A program made the position numbers and the translations under genes. A model generated the notes under the pieces. That model was not told where the DNA came from, searched no databases, and saw only the letters and a list, made by a program, of their open reading frames with translations. DNA of 64,000 bases from Octopus sinensis. Lineage: Eukaryota. This document shows, piece by piece, positions 1-63,599 of the stretch; position 1 is the first letter of the stretch, and every line of letters starts with the position of its first letter. The stretch is taken from the NCBI RefSeq assembly GCF_006345805.1, contig NC_043010.1:65100001-65164000 (forward strand), in the 5' to 3' direction.

Positions 1-168
1 ACTACACGGGTTTATAACAATTATGCTTTTCAAGCGTTCATTCACAAAAATCTTCGTAAAGAAAGCAGGAAATATTTGACTCGTAATGACTATGTATATA
101 TCTGTATGCGCGCGCGTGCGTGTCTGTGTGTTACATAATCATTCGGAGACATACACACACACACACAC

Positions 169-210
<42 letters not shown>

Positions 211-1088
211 CTTACTTAATGTACGTGGATATACTGCACAAAGTCACAAAACTGCGGCGTTCGTCACGTGATGACATCTCACATTCATGTGTTGTGATAA
301 AAATCAGACGAAACGTTAAATTGTTTAAATCTAGATTATTATTTTTTCAGCGTCATTTGTTGCAGGTATTCAGTAGCCATAGCATATTTAAACATATTTA
401 GTTCTACTGAAACAGGAAGACAGTAATTAATAAATCACTAGTTTTCCTGTGTCCGTAGAGGTACACGCATTAATGTATTGATATGATAACGCAAGAAATG
501 TGCAAAACACGTAATATAGAAACAATCTGAAACTATGACCTGGCAACAATGGACTTATTAAAAATGTTAGGAACAGAATAAATGCCACTATTTCCATGCT
601 TACAACTTATCACAGGTGTATAGTGATAAAGGGTGGTAGTAATGTAACTACTATATTCGTGATAAATACTTCGGTAACATTTCATTGCCCAAAAGTTAGA
701 AACGCTCACGAATTGACGTAATGAATATTTTAGAAAAATATTTTAAATACTTTAAATATTTTAGAAATAGATGTTAATACTGCCTTCAAATGAGGGTTGC
801 CGGGCATGTTTTATCATGCACAGCATGAAATCAATTGATGTTGGAATATGTAATAAAACTACCTTCAATTTCCCTCCTGAAGGCAGGCCTATTTTTTAAA
901 ATGTTCATTAAATTGCTCGTGTGTGTATTTATCGCAGAATTGGTGGGTTTTCTTAAGCTTTCACTTTCATTTTTTGCAAGCGGTATTTTTACCCTTCTTT
1001 TCTTCAAATATTATAACTGTTTATGTAGAAGTCTTGCTAGCCACCTCATTATTACTGTTTCTAACAGTGATAATACTTCACATATTTA

Positions 1089-1122
<34 letters not shown>

Positions 1123-1244
1123 AATTTGCCATGATGAATCGGTTTCTGACTGAAGAATGAATGCTCTGAATGACAGTCTGTTTTCCGTGTTCGTCAATTC
1201 GTGAATTTCACGCTCTTTATATACAAAGTTTTATTCTATATATA

Positions 1245-1316
<72 letters not shown>

Positions 1317-1325
1317 ATATTATAC

Positions 1326-1420
<95 letters not shown>

Positions 1421-1554
1421 GAGGAAGGAATAGAGAGGGAGGTTAGAATTCTGTTTTACCAAAACTGTAGCTCTAATGTATAACGTGAAGATAACGTCGA
1501 CAATTTTCTCAGACCACACGACAGAATTGAGGAGGTATTGTTCAAAACCAACTA

Positions 1555-1680
1555 TTGAAAGAATCTGCCACAGTGCACTACAAGATAGGTCAACAATCTG
1601 AAGTCGATTTGTTAACTGCAGACTCAAAGAGGATAAGGGAAGTACTAAATAAACAATTCTCGGGTGTCTTCTCTCCACTG
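1555..1680 (+). mobile_element. CR1-like LINE remnant
   Basis: DSKRIREVLNKQFSGVFS resembles the KAExLNxxFxSVFT linker motif of CR1/L2 ORF2. Confidence 0.4.
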
Positions 1681-1822
1681 GGAAACATCAAGCGCTGCAG
1701 TTCCGTCCAACTCGTCAAGCATAATACCGAAGGGAGACCCAAAACTTGTGAAAGTCTGTGCTTCAGTACGGCCCTAACCCCTGACTGAAAACAGTAAGAG
1801 AGTAAAAGAAAATATATATACA

Positions 1823-2330
1823 TTCGGTTATCCCATAAATAATGCAGTTTTTTAACCTTCATTTTTTTTTAAACTTAAGATAAATAAAGTACTTTTTTAA
1901 TCTAAATTTTTCTACAATACTTTTCCATCTTGAATGACCAAAACCAAGCTGCTGTACTAGTTCCTCAACAGTTACGATGGGATTTTGTTCCGCCAGAATT
2001 TGCAAGACATCTTTCTCGAGCTCTACAGATCTTCCAAGATGTGGCTCGTCTTCTAGGTTGTTGTTTCCGGCTCGGAATTTCTGGAACCACAGTTGAAACT
2101 GGCTTACACTTATTGTCCAATCCCCATACACTGCATTAATATCCCTCGCATTTTCCGTTTCTTTGTTGCCTTTGTTGAACTCATAATAAAACAAACTTGC
2201 ACTAAGAATAAGGAAGAGGGAACATTACTATCTGCTTCATAGCAGGTTGATGCAGGTAATTTATCCCATCCTATTTCAACTTTTAGTTCATGCGATTGAA
2301 AAACACCGCATTATTTATGGAATGACCCAA
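1823..2330 (-). mobile_element. Internally deleted mariner with both TIRs
   Basis: TIRs ttcggttatcccataaataatgcag / ccgcattatttatggaatgacccaa followed by TA; ORF 1859-2194 is a transposase N-terminal HTH (YEFNKG...WFQKFRAG...LEDEPHLGR). Confidence 0.85.
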
Positions 2331-2338
2331 TACATGTG

Positions 2339-2408
<70 letters not shown>

Positions 2409-2524
2409 TTATATATATTAAATCCAAAACCACGAAGATCAAACACAAGAAAGAAAAAAACAACAACGCAAGGAGTGATACATGCAAAGTATTAGCAGAT
2501 GCTCAAGGGAAGGAAAGAAAAGTG

Positions 2525-2559
2525 GTTCTACGTTTCGAGCGAAGCTCTTCTTAAGAAAC
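2525..2559 (-). ncRNA. Degenerate minimal hammerhead ribozyme in PLE terminal repeat
   Basis: Minus strand: gttt-CTTAAGA-A-GAGC-ttc-GCTC-GAAAC-GTA-gaac; G5 mutated. Confidence 0.55.
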
Positions 2560-2679
2560 AGGAGACTGGAAAGTCCAATAGATGGAAGAAAAAATCGCCA
2601 ACGATTCACATTTTGAAAATACGGGAAACAGTTCGAAGACAGGAGAGTGTAAGAGAAGGAGGTATGACTCTGTATGTTT

Positions 2680-3670
2680 TAGTATGTGCGTGTGCGCTAG
2701 TCTGCGTGTGGGTGTGGGTGTAATGGTATGTGTGTGTATGCGTGTGTGTGTGGAGTTTGTGTGGTCTTGGATGTTTATATGTGGATGTGTGAGTGAACTT
2801 TGTCTCTTAAAGTTGGAAACATTCAGCAGCATGGTAACAGGAGTGGTGGTCCTTTGTGGAGTTATGTCTCTTCACATGTGCGTAGAGGAATGGTCAGTAG
2901 AAATGTGTTTGGGAGGCAGTTTGAAGTATTGTGTGCATGTGTATGTATGTGTGCGTCTATGTATATGCTGTGTGTGTGTCTATGTATATGCTGTGTGTGT
3001 CTTGTGTGTGGTGTATGCATATGGTGTGTGCGTTCGTGTGCACATATGTGTATGTGCGTATGTGTATGTTCGTGTGTATATGTGTGTGTGCATGTGTATA
3101 TGTGTGTGAGTGTGGACGTTGGGTTGTGTGTGTGTATATGTATGTGCGTGTGTTTGTATGTGTGTGCCTGTGCATGTGTGTGTGTGCGTGTGTGTGTGTG
3201 CGTATGTATATGTTGTGTGTGTACGTGTGTGCGTGTATGTGTGTATGCACGTTTGTGTATGTGTGTGCTTGGGGTTGTGTGTGTTAGGTATGTGTGTACT
3301 TCTGCGCGTGTGTGTGTGCGTGTGTTTATGTGTATATGTGTGTATTGTTTGTGTGCTTGTATGTGCGTATTGTGTGTGTATGATGTATATGTGTAGTACA
3401 TGTGCAGTCGTGTCTGTGCACGTGCGTGTATGTGTGCGTATGTGTGTTTATGTATACGTGTGTATGGTTGTGTGTATATGTGAGTATGTGCATGGAGTTG
3501 TGTGTGTGGAGTTATATTTGCGTTCGTGTATGCGTGCGTGGGTGTGTGCGTGTATGCGCATGTGTGCGTGTGTAAGTGCATGTGTGTGTCTGTGTGTATG
3601 TGTGTGTACCTGCATGTATGTGTGTGCATGTGTGTGCATATGTACGTGTGTGAATGTAAGTGTGCGTGTA
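2680..3670. repeat. About 1 kb degenerate (GT/AT)n microsatellite inside the Neptune 3' region
   Basis: Continuous gtgt/gtat/gcgt repeats. Confidence 0.95.
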
Positions 3671-4782
3671 TATAGAAATAAAATAAAATATGATAAAGAA
3701 GGTCGATAAAAAAGGGGCAAAAATGGAGAAGGTTACAAGATGAAAAAATTAAAAAATTAATAAAAAATTCAAAAATAACAGATATAAGATAAAAAATAAA
3801 AAGTAATGAATAAAAAGTAAAAAAATTAAAATTTAAACAAAATTAAATTAATGAAATAGAAATTTTAAAAATTATAAAGAATAATACAATAAATTTTTTT
3901 AATTCGACGGAAAAAACGATAAAAAACAATAAAAAATCGTAAAATAGGTAACAGTGCAAAAAAGTAAATGGTTATGAGAGATAATGAAATAAAATAAAAT
4001 AAAAAGGTTTAGAGGCAGTTGTTAAGAGGAGGGGGTTATGCTGAGTACGAAGGGAGTTTATGTTTGTTGACTGAAAATGTAACGCTGTTCCAGGCGGAGT
4101 CGAGAGTGTGGATCTGTGGTGCAAGGCGAGGCCAAAAATGGAGATATAAGAGGTGAAGTGGTTGGCCAAACGGAAATGACGGGCGACGGGAATGTTCGTG
4201 CGTAGCCGAACATCTCGTAGATGTTCCGTGAACCGGTCGGCCAGGCAGCAGTCCGTCTGACCAACGTATAGTTTATTGCAGAGATTATCTCTAATGCAAT
4301 AGATAAGGCTTGAAGAGGTGCAAGAGGAGTTTCTAATGTGGAGGGTTTGGTGTTTGAATCCAGTGAGGGAGGTGGTGTTGCTGATGAAAGGGCAAGTGTA
4401 GCAGCGGGATCTATAGTAAGGAAAGCATCTGGGTGGGGCTGGGAGGGAAGCGGGGAAGGTGCTACGGATTAGTAGATCGCGTAGGTTACGGGTGCGTTTA
4501 AAGGACGGCAGGGGTGGGTTGGGGAAATGGGGTGGGTGGTGGTATCTAGCTGGAGACAACGGAAGACCCATAGGATCCTCTGACTAAGGGGTGCTAATTT
4601 AAAAAAGACTTCAGCAACTGTTACTCAGAATGTAACACGAAAATTCATCGGACATTTGTGATAATCCAGAAAAACTAAATTATGTGATTATATATAATAT
4701 GAGATCTTAATGAATACAGTTCAACGAAACTAGTTATTCATCAAGAATTATAGTTTCTGTACTTAAAATTATATTATACAAG

Positions 4783-4819
<37 letters not shown>

Positions 4820-4824
<5 letters not shown>

Positions 4825-6430
4825 GGAGTAAGCACATAAATGTGAAACAAGGATGTATAAAAGAGTACTCAAATACCAGAGGTAGAGTAATATACTTTAT
4901 TTGAAAGCAGCAGAAATATAGCACAGAAAAGAAAGAAAGAAAGATAGGTGGCTGAATATGTATAACGAACGTACACAAAATAAAATTACGTATTCATATA
5001 TATACAAAAGTGTATATTAGCATATAAATACACATATAAGATTACATATATAAATATATGGAAATATGCACGTAAATACACATCCACACAAATATAAGTG
5101 AATACATGCATGCATATACATCCTTATGTGTATGTGCACAAGTATAAACATACAAGTTTACTTACACACATATATAGAGGCATAGATAAGAATACATATG
5201 CATGCCAACAATACAAATATCCACATAAAACATGTCTAGGTCCCTACCTATATATACAAACAGCACATTTTTTTTAAATGCCGAGTGTATAATAATAAAA
5301 TTCGGATAAAAGACATGCAAAATATAACACCCTATATCGAATTATCTATAAATTAAACGATTAAAGTGGGTTTATAAAATACAATAAAATGAAATAAAAT
5401 AAAATATAAGTAGAATCTTAAACAAGGAAATAATATATGCATACAACAGTCGAAGGTTTTTCTTAAGAAATATGTCGAAATATATACAATATCTTTGGGA
5501 TGCGAAATAAATCATGTATTATAAGCAACAAATTCAACAGTGTGATTAAAAACTAGTCCAAGATTCAAAAAATATATACACTAACCATATGGTATACTGC
5601 TAGTTGACATTTTAAATTTAGTTGCGTGTCTGCAGGATTTCAAGTGTTCGCGTCTTTGATTTAAAGATTTGTTGTCCTGGAATAAAATATAATATTTTTC
5701 CAGCAGGCATAAATCACATTCGATGGGTCTTTCATGCGCAGCGAGCTGTAAGGTGAAACTCTATTTAAAATTCTCCATGTCATGTTGAAAGTCGGGTTTC
5801 GTTTTCTTTTAATTCCCAGACATATTTTGCTAGGCTGGTCTTTGTCCTATTTTCGGGGCATCTGAAAGAATTTCTATGAGAATAAAATCGGATTTTGAAA
5901 GAATTTTCAGAAGCCCCTGTACAAGTTCTATATTCGTTTGAGCTGTCTATCTGCACCTTGGCTCTGTACTTGATTCTTTTCTCCAGATGGGAACTTCTGT
6001 CCTTTGGATGGAAAATGTATATATGCATGTATAGTTGGAAGGAAAATGTATCTATAGTAGCCTCAAAACATCTTCCCATCATTGATCGGGTAATTGAGCA
6101 ATGTATATACGTTTTTGTTTTTTTTCCACTGCACTTGTTTATTCAGGAACCTCCTCAGGAAGGCTGCAGAGTGTGCCAGTCGAATATTCAATTTCTTCCT
6201 ACGAAACACACGGCGGATTGCAGACACTTAACTTTCGGTTGAACCATTCTATTCTTAGATATTCGGATTTTCTGTTGATGTCCTGGTGTTTATTTAATAA
6301 TTCGTTTTTTAATAATGTGTTTTTTTAATTTCTTGCCTCGCTATTTACGGACTGTTTTTATATTATTTTTTACTTCGAGTTCCATTGTAGAAAAACGATT
6401 TACTAGATGTCTTTCTAAACCCAGATAACG
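4820..6430 (-). mobile_element. Penelope-like element remnant, Naiad-type endonuclease
   Basis: Minus strand: GASENSFKIRFYSHRNSF...TSLAKYVWELKE...CDLCLLEK...LNQRREHLKSCRH with stop at 5581; tail abuts (TA)n at 4820; frameshifted. Confidence 0.7.
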
Positions 6431-7370
6431 TGTGCATAAATACACACACACACATACGCGCGTGCATAGGTATAGAAAGATAATAGATAGATAGAGAGAG
6501 ATATATATACATACATACATGCATATATACATAAATATATACATACATGCATATATGCATATCCTCATCTTTCACCATTTTTGTTTCCGTTACGCGGCCA
6601 TGCTGTGGCACACATTGAAGGGTTTAGTCGAGCCTACGTACATTTGTGTATACGTATATGGATGCATACATACACGCATACATACATACACGTGCATATA
6701 CACTTTCATTTAGTGTTTGGGTATCTTTGGCATTCTTCATCAGTTACCATTTTAATGTGAAATTCTCCTAATACTCTCAGTTAAATCAAGCCCCTTGTTT
6801 CATTTGTCTTGTTACTTCTCACAAACCGCATATAAAAGGATACTTATGTTATATAAACAGAAATTGTTACAATGTTTGTACTTATGGCGAATTATCAGTA
6901 ATTTGTGAGTATTTAACATTCCATTGTGTTGCTTATAATATATACTCTTTGTCCGATGGATCAATACGACCATTTTGAAAATAGACACATTCTATTATTG
7001 AGGCGTGTGAATTATTAAAAGCTAGGTAAATGGATTTTATGACATTGAAGGAGATTTTCTTGTAATATTAGTTGTCTTATTAATGACGTCGCAAAATGAT
7101 AGAATATGAGTATTATTGTCAATCTATTCATGACAGTACGGTATCTAGATGTGTGTATTTGTTTACATCTTTTGATGGACACAAAAGTATTGAATGAATT
7201 AATAACATCACTGACGTTACATAACAGTTGCAGAAGTTATATTGGCAGAACATGTGTGTGTTCGACACACCAATCTCATTGTATTTCTTCATGATTTCAG
7301 TTAACAACGTACATAATATTATCTTCAATTTATTCTGCAAGAAATTCACATGTAGCCACTATTACACTAG

Positions 7371-56635
<49,265 letters not shown>

Positions 56636-57044
56636 TGTGTAGGAGTGAATCATTTTAGAGATCTCTCATAATAAGTTTTACATCTTATGAAATAAGAAAT
56701 GATGTATGCAAAACAATTACTTGTTTGTTGGATAACGAAAACAAGAGCCTCGCGGGAATTCTTTGTTTCTCTCAAAGGAAAAGGAAAACCATTTCAAGAA
56801 GATAAGAATTCGTCTCTCAAAATTAAATTACATGCTACGGAGCGGGCTTCATCTTTGTTTACACATATAGGCCAACTATGAGCATAATTTGGTAATAATA
56901 CCTTATGCTGATTACAGCGGCCAAAATTAATTCGGAACACTTTTCCTTCCCGAAATGTCAATGTTAATTCGTCAGGAAGCCTTAGAAAGGATGCGCCAAA
57001 TTTATGGTTTTCAACAAACGAAAATATGGCTCTCCTTGCCTATA

Positions 57045-57050
57045 AATAAA
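57045..57050 (+). promoter_or_regulatory. Possible polyadenylation signal (alternative at 57531-57536)
   Basis: AATAAA about 410 nt after the stop with T-rich sequence downstream; motif is common in AT-rich DNA. Confidence 0.25.
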
Positions 57051-58539
57051 TGGTTGAGGTTTTTCTTTCCTACACAAGTCAATTAACTATGAAATGTTAA
57101 TATTGATATCTTGGAATTATTACATCTTTTTTTTTGAGACTATGCCACAATTAGCGATAAATTAATTTTTATTGTCCCCAACTAAGATTAATCACTATTT
57201 TTTTTCTATTGTGTGTATACAGCATTAAGTATATCGCCGGTTAACATAGTTATCTAAATTTATGCCATTTAATCTTTTGAGTCATTGCTCTTATTCACAT
57301 TTTTCTTAATTATATATCTTACAGTATTTTACGTGCTGATTTATTACAATCAGTCTCCTTTGCCCCTCTCTCCATTTTCAATATTTTGTCTATATATTTC
57401 TCACTTTTTTATCGTTTCTTATATTAAATCAACCCACTTGATATCCTAAATTTTAATATTATATAACATTTGACATTCCTACAATTTCGAGAGGTAACGT
57501 TCAGCTACTTCGAAACAGCGACAATGTTTTAATAAAAACCAATTCACGTAACACAGTTATCCTCTCAATTGATACACCACTGCTTCATTTACCATTTCTC
57601 CTGTCTCTATACATACAAGGTTGGTAGCTTCTTTCATATAATGTTGCTGTCATTTCAGTTAATAGTATTCTTCAGTTCAAAGATAACTGGAGTCTTCCTA
57701 ATTCACATACTATGGTGCCATGATTACTGAAATATCTCGCCTCTCATCTCAATAAGTATACAATTGTTGCCCTTTCTATCCATATACCCTCGATATCCAT
57801 CGCATTTATACACAGTGTGTATCCTCGCCGATCAGAATTATATCCCATGCGTTCTTCACAAGTCATATACTGACGCTTTCCTCTCAGATCATACACTTCA
57901 AAAGTGTCTGTCTTTAGTGTTAATGATCTCTCCATTCATCCATAACTCTTGCTTTCTCGATTCATGGACATGCAGTTGGTGTCAATATCGTTGCTTAGAT
58001 CAAGAAAATATTGATCAGTAATATTTTAATTTAGTCAACCACATTTTGCCTGGGGCTCAGCAAAAAAAAAACCTCCTGTAATATAAGTATAAATAATCTA
58101 GTCTGAGATCAACAGCAGATGCTTATATATAAATATATATATATGTATAAATCAATATAATCTTGTAATGTTTTGTGTAATCTGTATAAATGAAGCTATG
58201 ATTATAAACTCTGGTCAGTCATGCGAATTAATAAATTCATCTATATCTATAAACGTTGATGTTTGTCATTTTATCCTAAACACGTCACTAAACACCAAAA
58301 TTATCTCGAAATAATACATGGCTAAAACAGGGATTACTCGAGAAAACAGATGGCGAAAAACTGATAATTTTAATGAAATGGTAAGCTCTACACTTCTCTC
58401 TTTTTCACTCTATATTTTTCTCTCTTTCGCATACAAACAACCCCATACCGCCCCTATAAACGCGAACGCACATTTTACCATTCCTCTCTCTCACGCAACA
58501 TTGTACAGTCTGAATATCTTATTTTCAATTTCTTTTTTT

Positions 58540-60965
58540 GTACAAGGCTAACAATTTAGGTGGGTGGGGTGATCAATTACACCGATCTCAGTGCTCACTA
58601 CTATTTATTTTATCAAATCCGAAACGAAGAAGTGCAAGGTCACCATCGGCTGAATTTGAACTCAAAATGTAGGGAGTGAAAAGTAATCCTGCTATACATT
58701 CTGTCACTGCTCTAAAAAACTGCTCGCTCGACGCTCCATTCACCACACTAATAATGGTTTCAAATTTTGGCACAAGGCCAGAAATTTAATTGGAAGGGCA
58801 AGTCTATTAAATATTTTATCGCCTCTGAAAGAATGAAAGGCATCGTTGACCTCGACAGAATTTGAACTCAAAGCGTAAAGACGGACGAAATCTGACGATT
58901 CTGCCAGATCCCCACCTTATTCACCACCCTAATAATATTTTCTACTAAAAACACAAGTCCTGAAACTTGGGGAGGGGGTCTAGTCGATTACATCGACCCC
59001 AATGTTTCACTGGCACTTAGTTTATCGACCCCGAAAGGATGAAAGACATAATCGTCTTCGGCGGAATTTCACTTCAGAACGTAGCGATGGATGAAACACC
59101 GATAAACATTTCGTCCAGACTGGTAACAATTCTACCAGCTCGCTGCCTTATTCACCACACTAATATTGATCCCACATTCACAAGGCCTCGCTCACCATTC
59201 TAATAATCATTGACATCACATAAATATCACTAGTTACAATGTTATGCATACGACATGAGAAACGTGTCTATAAGACCGAATTATTTTTACTGATGTTTAT
59301 TTTAAGGACACCGCAATGATTAAAAAGAGAAGATAAAAGTTGTCCGGCAGCGATACTTGCAGCGAAGCACTGCAACGAATTCAACCTAATACTCTACCCT
59401 TTCTTCATCTGCCAGCTCTTCGCAACATAATTATTACAAATATTGACATTCATAAAAGAAACAATTCTATCAAAGATATTAATGGAATAGAATCGTCTTC
59501 CGTATTCTTTTATTTTATCACAATTGGTAGACGTGTACATTGAAGAAAGATATAATTATGTAAGTCATTGTTCAGTTGAAGTGCGTAGGTTCGAAACATA
59601 AAAGACTTTTTTTCATAATGAGATCAAGTTGTGTTTCCTCAGGTGATATTCAAGTGTTGTCTCCGTTAGTGTAAAATCTTCGACTTCGAGGCCTTCCGAT
59701 GCGCCCGTCTTACTTTGGATCTTGTAGTATTTATTAGATTTATGTTATTTAGTGGCAGGGTATGTTTGTTGGATTGCTATCAGTGGTTGTGGATGGCTGT
59801 TTTGGTATCGGCTGATCACTGACTCCAAAAATATCCGCTAATGATTTTTCCCGCTGAACGCCGTATATAATTGTTTTTATACAGGCAGGAGGTCAGTATT
59901 TTTTATGGTATTTAGTACATCGCACCTAGTACTGGACTGGCACACTAATTTTTCCACTCCGGAGCGAGGAAAGACTAAGTTGACCGCTAGCGGAATTTGG
60001 TCTCAGAGTATGAACTCGGAAGAAATACTGCTTTCACAATATTGCCAGCGCGCCACGGTGATAATAATAATAATAATTTTTTATAATATAAGTACAAGGC
60101 ATTAAGGCGGCGATCAGGTAGAAACGTTTGCACGCCGGGCAACATTCTTTGCGGTATTTCGTCTGCCGTTACGTTCTGAGTTCCGCCGAGGTCGACATTG
60201 CCTTTCATCCTTTCGGGGTCGATTATATAAGTACCAGTTACGCACTAGGGTCGATATAATCGACTTAATCCGTTTGTCTGTCCTTGTTTGTGCCCTCTGT
60301 GTGTAGCCCTTTGTGGGTAATAAAGAAATAGGTATTTCGTCTGCCGCTACGTTCTGAGTTCCGCCGAGGTCGACTTTGCCTTCCATCCTTTCGGGGTCGA
60401 TTATATAAGTACCAGTTACGCACTAGGGTTGATATAATCGACTTAATCCGTTTGTCTGTCCTTGTTTGTGCCCTCTATGTTTAGTTCCTTGTGGGCAATA
60501 AAGAAAGAAGAAACGTTTGCACGCCGGTCGAAATGCTTTGCGGTATCTTCTCTGTCTTTACGTTCTGATTTCAAATTCCTCCGAGGTTGACTTTGCCTTT
60601 CATCCTTTCAGGGTCAATAAATTAAGTAGCAGTTGCGTACTGGGATTGATCTAATCCACTGGATTCCTCCCCCTAAACTTCGGGCCTTCTACCTAGAGCA
60701 GAAAAGAATAATTAGCACGCCGGGAAAATGTGCCTTTCATTTTTGTGGGGTGGGGTCTATAAGATAAGTATCGGCCAAGAACTGAGGGGTCGATGTAATC
60801 AACGTACATCTCTCCCGAGATTGCTGGCCTTGTGTCAAAATTTGAAATCAATGAAGGTACAAGGTTTAAAATTTAGGGTAGGGAGCGAGTCGATTACATC
60901 GACCCATACCTTCTATTGCCACATTATTTTATCCACTTTGGAAAGACCAAAAGCAAAATTGACGT
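58540..60965. mobile_element. Cluster of about 8 family-2 SINE copies, mostly (-) then (+)
   Basis: Repeated gaccccgaaaggatgaaag / ctttcatcctttcggggtc cores; 60154-60330 and 60331-60510 are near-identical tandem units. Confidence 0.75.
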
Positions 60966-61572
60966 ATACATGCGCGTGCGCCCTAACACACACACACACA
61001 TACATTTGTAGATCCATACGCACACAAACTCAAAAGACGTGGGGGTCACGATTGGAACACCATTTACTGGAGATTTCCAAGTTCAAGGACCCAGCGATAA
61101 TCTATATATGGTTTGGGTTTCTGTCACTAAATAAATCCGAAAGTCAGTCCAAGTCTATACACGGTAGGGGAGTGGCTATAATGCTCCTTAAGACGGTTCA
61201 TTGGTCTGCAAAATCAGGGCTTACCTGGCGAGTCAGAAAAGGAACTCTATGGTTACGCGACCTGTTGCACTTGGAAGATAAATCTTTCTGAAAGCACACA
61301 CTACTGTCGTTAATAGGCCACAGGATATATTAGATAATAATGTAGTACTGGGTGTAGTGTCTGAAATAAACGGTATTTGATCTTACAGGTATCTGCATAA
61401 TCAGGGTTGATTTAGAGCTAAACAACTGTACTATCCCAAACTACCACTACTGCCATCACCACCACCACCAACACTGCCATCCCCACTTCAACTGCTATCA
61501 CATCCTATACCGTTTGGGTGTTAAGTACAACTATATAGTTAAAAGTTTTATGAGTTCTCGGGAATTCCGGTT

Positions 61573-62866
61573 TACGAGGGACGTTCAATAAGTAATGCCT
61601 CTGACCCACTTGCAGTTGTTTGATCTAGCTGAAATGTTGCATGTGCAATCATATATATCTCTATAGAGTAAGTGGCAAACTACAGCTCTGAACTAATTGT
61701 GGTGTCTGATTTACACGTGTTTGAACCGAGTCAAGTGTGAAATGGAGCCTGTTGAGTGTCGAGCAGTGATCCGGTTTTTGTATTTGAAAGGACGCACACC
61801 ACGGGAGACTTTTGATGAAATGAAAGTAACTTATGGTGATGATGCCCCATCATATGACCTTGTAAAACGCTGGCATCGTGAATTCAAACATGGTCGGAAC
61901 TCTGTGGAAACAGCTCCCAGATCTGGTCGCCGTCCTGCCATTGATGAAGCATCTGTCCGTCAAGTTGAGGCTGCCATTTTGGAAGATCGACGCATAATTA
62001 TTCGCCAAATAGCCCATGAAGTCAAGATTAGTACCGGATCTGTGGAAACTATCATTCATGACCATTTGCATATGCAAAAGGTGTCTGCCAGATGGATTCC
62101 CAGGTTGCTCACACCTTTCCAGAAGCAAGAACGCGTCGAGTGCTCGAGGGTGAATTTGGAGATGTGCCAAGAAGATGAGTAAACATTTTTCAAAAGACTG
62201 ATTACACAGGATGAAACCTGGGTCCATCACGATGATCCAGAGACCAAAGTCCAGTCAATGCAGTGGAAGCACCGTGACGCACCTCCTCCAAAGATGGCAA
62301 GGGTGCAGCCCTCCGCTGGCATGGTCATGCTCACAGTCTTCTGGGACCAGGACGGAGTAGTGATGACAGATTTCTTGGCAAAGGGTACCACAATTGCAGG
62401 AGCCTATTATACTTCACTTTTGAGGAAATTAAGAGAAGTTATCAAAATCAAGAGGCGGGGCAAGATCAGCAAAGGCATCCTCCTCCTGCAGGACAACGCT
62501 CCGGTCCACAACTCGCTTGTCGCCAGATCAGAAGCACAGGTGTATGGCTATGAACTCCTCTCCCATTCCCCTACTTTCCTGACCTTGCACCCTCTGATTT
62601 TCACTTCTTCCCAGTCATGAAGTTGTTTTTGAAAGGAAAGCGTTTCCCAGATGATGCAGCCTTGATTTCTGAAGTCACGTTCAGGTTGGAGGACCTAGCT
62701 GGGGGTCTTCTACAAAAACGGTCCCCAGAGCTGCATCAAACAATGGAAGAAATGCGTAACTCTGGGTGGTTCCTATGTAGAAAAAGACTAATAACTGTGC
62801 CAAGTTTCGTTGCTCTACTGCTATGGGAAGTGGGTCAGGGGCATTACTTATTGAACGCCCCTCGTA
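61573..62866 (+). mobile_element. Near-full-length mariner (DD34D type), inactivated
   Basis: TIRs tacgagggacgttcaataagtaatgcctctgaccca / tgggtcaggggcattacttattgaacgcccctcgta with TA at both ends; ATG 61742, WIPRLL, DETW, QDNA; premature TAA at 62180 and later frameshifts. Confidence 0.95.
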
Positions 62867-63243
62867 ATCCTACATCGAGCAAGTGTCTCCTATCAGAGCG
62901 TCATGTTAGCCAGAGTGTACTCAGTGAAACTTTTATAGAAACACCCTCAGTGGGATCGCCTTGAATTGACTGACTCCGTTTTTAAACGTTTCGATACAGC
63001 TGTCTCTCCTACCCCACCTCACGGCCGTCAAGTACCTTTAGTAGAATCTTCATTCGGTTCAGGCGTGCGGTTTAAAGGTCGTTTAAAGTATTTTCTCTCA
63101 TCGGGGAGGAAAGGGAAAATGAGATTCGTGCGTTGTCCTTTCTGCATTCTGTTCGAGCTATGACAAAAATAATTTTAAAAAATATCTACCCTCAAAACAT
63201 TAGTATCGTTCACAAAATACTAGTTATTAACAATAGTTATCTA

Positions 63244-63309
<66 letters not shown>

Positions 63310-63317
63310 GTATATAT

Positions 63318-63598
63318 AAAAGATGTCGTCCCGAAATTAAGGTAACCGAAATTTCGGGCTTTAATAAATATCAGTAGATGTAATAAGATATGAAAATTAT
63401 ATATTATAAAAGCTTAGTGTATCTTCTTTTCTCTTCAGACTAAATATATTCACATCTATAAACTAGGTAATGTCTGTAGACCAAAATACAAACATAACCC
63501 TCCGCAAAAGGGACGAAACTAATACATCTATAGCAAAAGGGCTTAAAATTAACCGAGGAACACTTTGGAAAATTGTGAAGAAATTTCAAGAGACTCAA
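63318..63598 (+). mobile_element. Tc1-like transposon 5' fragment
   Basis: HTH-like SIAKGLKINRGTLWKIVKKFQET, interrupted by the LINE. Confidence 0.55.
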
Positions 63599-63599
63599 C

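Larger units (their letters stand above)
2418..4580 (-). mobile_element. Penelope-like element, Neptune-type, 5'-truncated
   Basis: ORF 3972-4571: RCYTC linker plus GIY-YIG (LIYCI...LYVGQT...LADRFTEH...PVARHF); 3' terminal region 2418-2630 homologous to 25096-25313; ends in (TA)n. Confidence 0.8.

Noticed and set aside
1170-1446. Poly-YI, CV, HT, YVCM, N and I ORFs here and throughout (e.g. 2582-3720, 9228-9461, 30043-30346, 34710-35118)
   Set aside because: Translations of (TA)n, (GT)n, (CATA)n and (AAT)n microsatellites
6700-6745. Minus-strand CTGATGA as another hammerhead (also 43697, 45500, 47076)
   Set aside because: No correctly placed GAAA with supporting stems
61697-62964. Active mariner transposase
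   Set aside because: Premature stop at 62180 and frameshifts around the YSPDLAP motif
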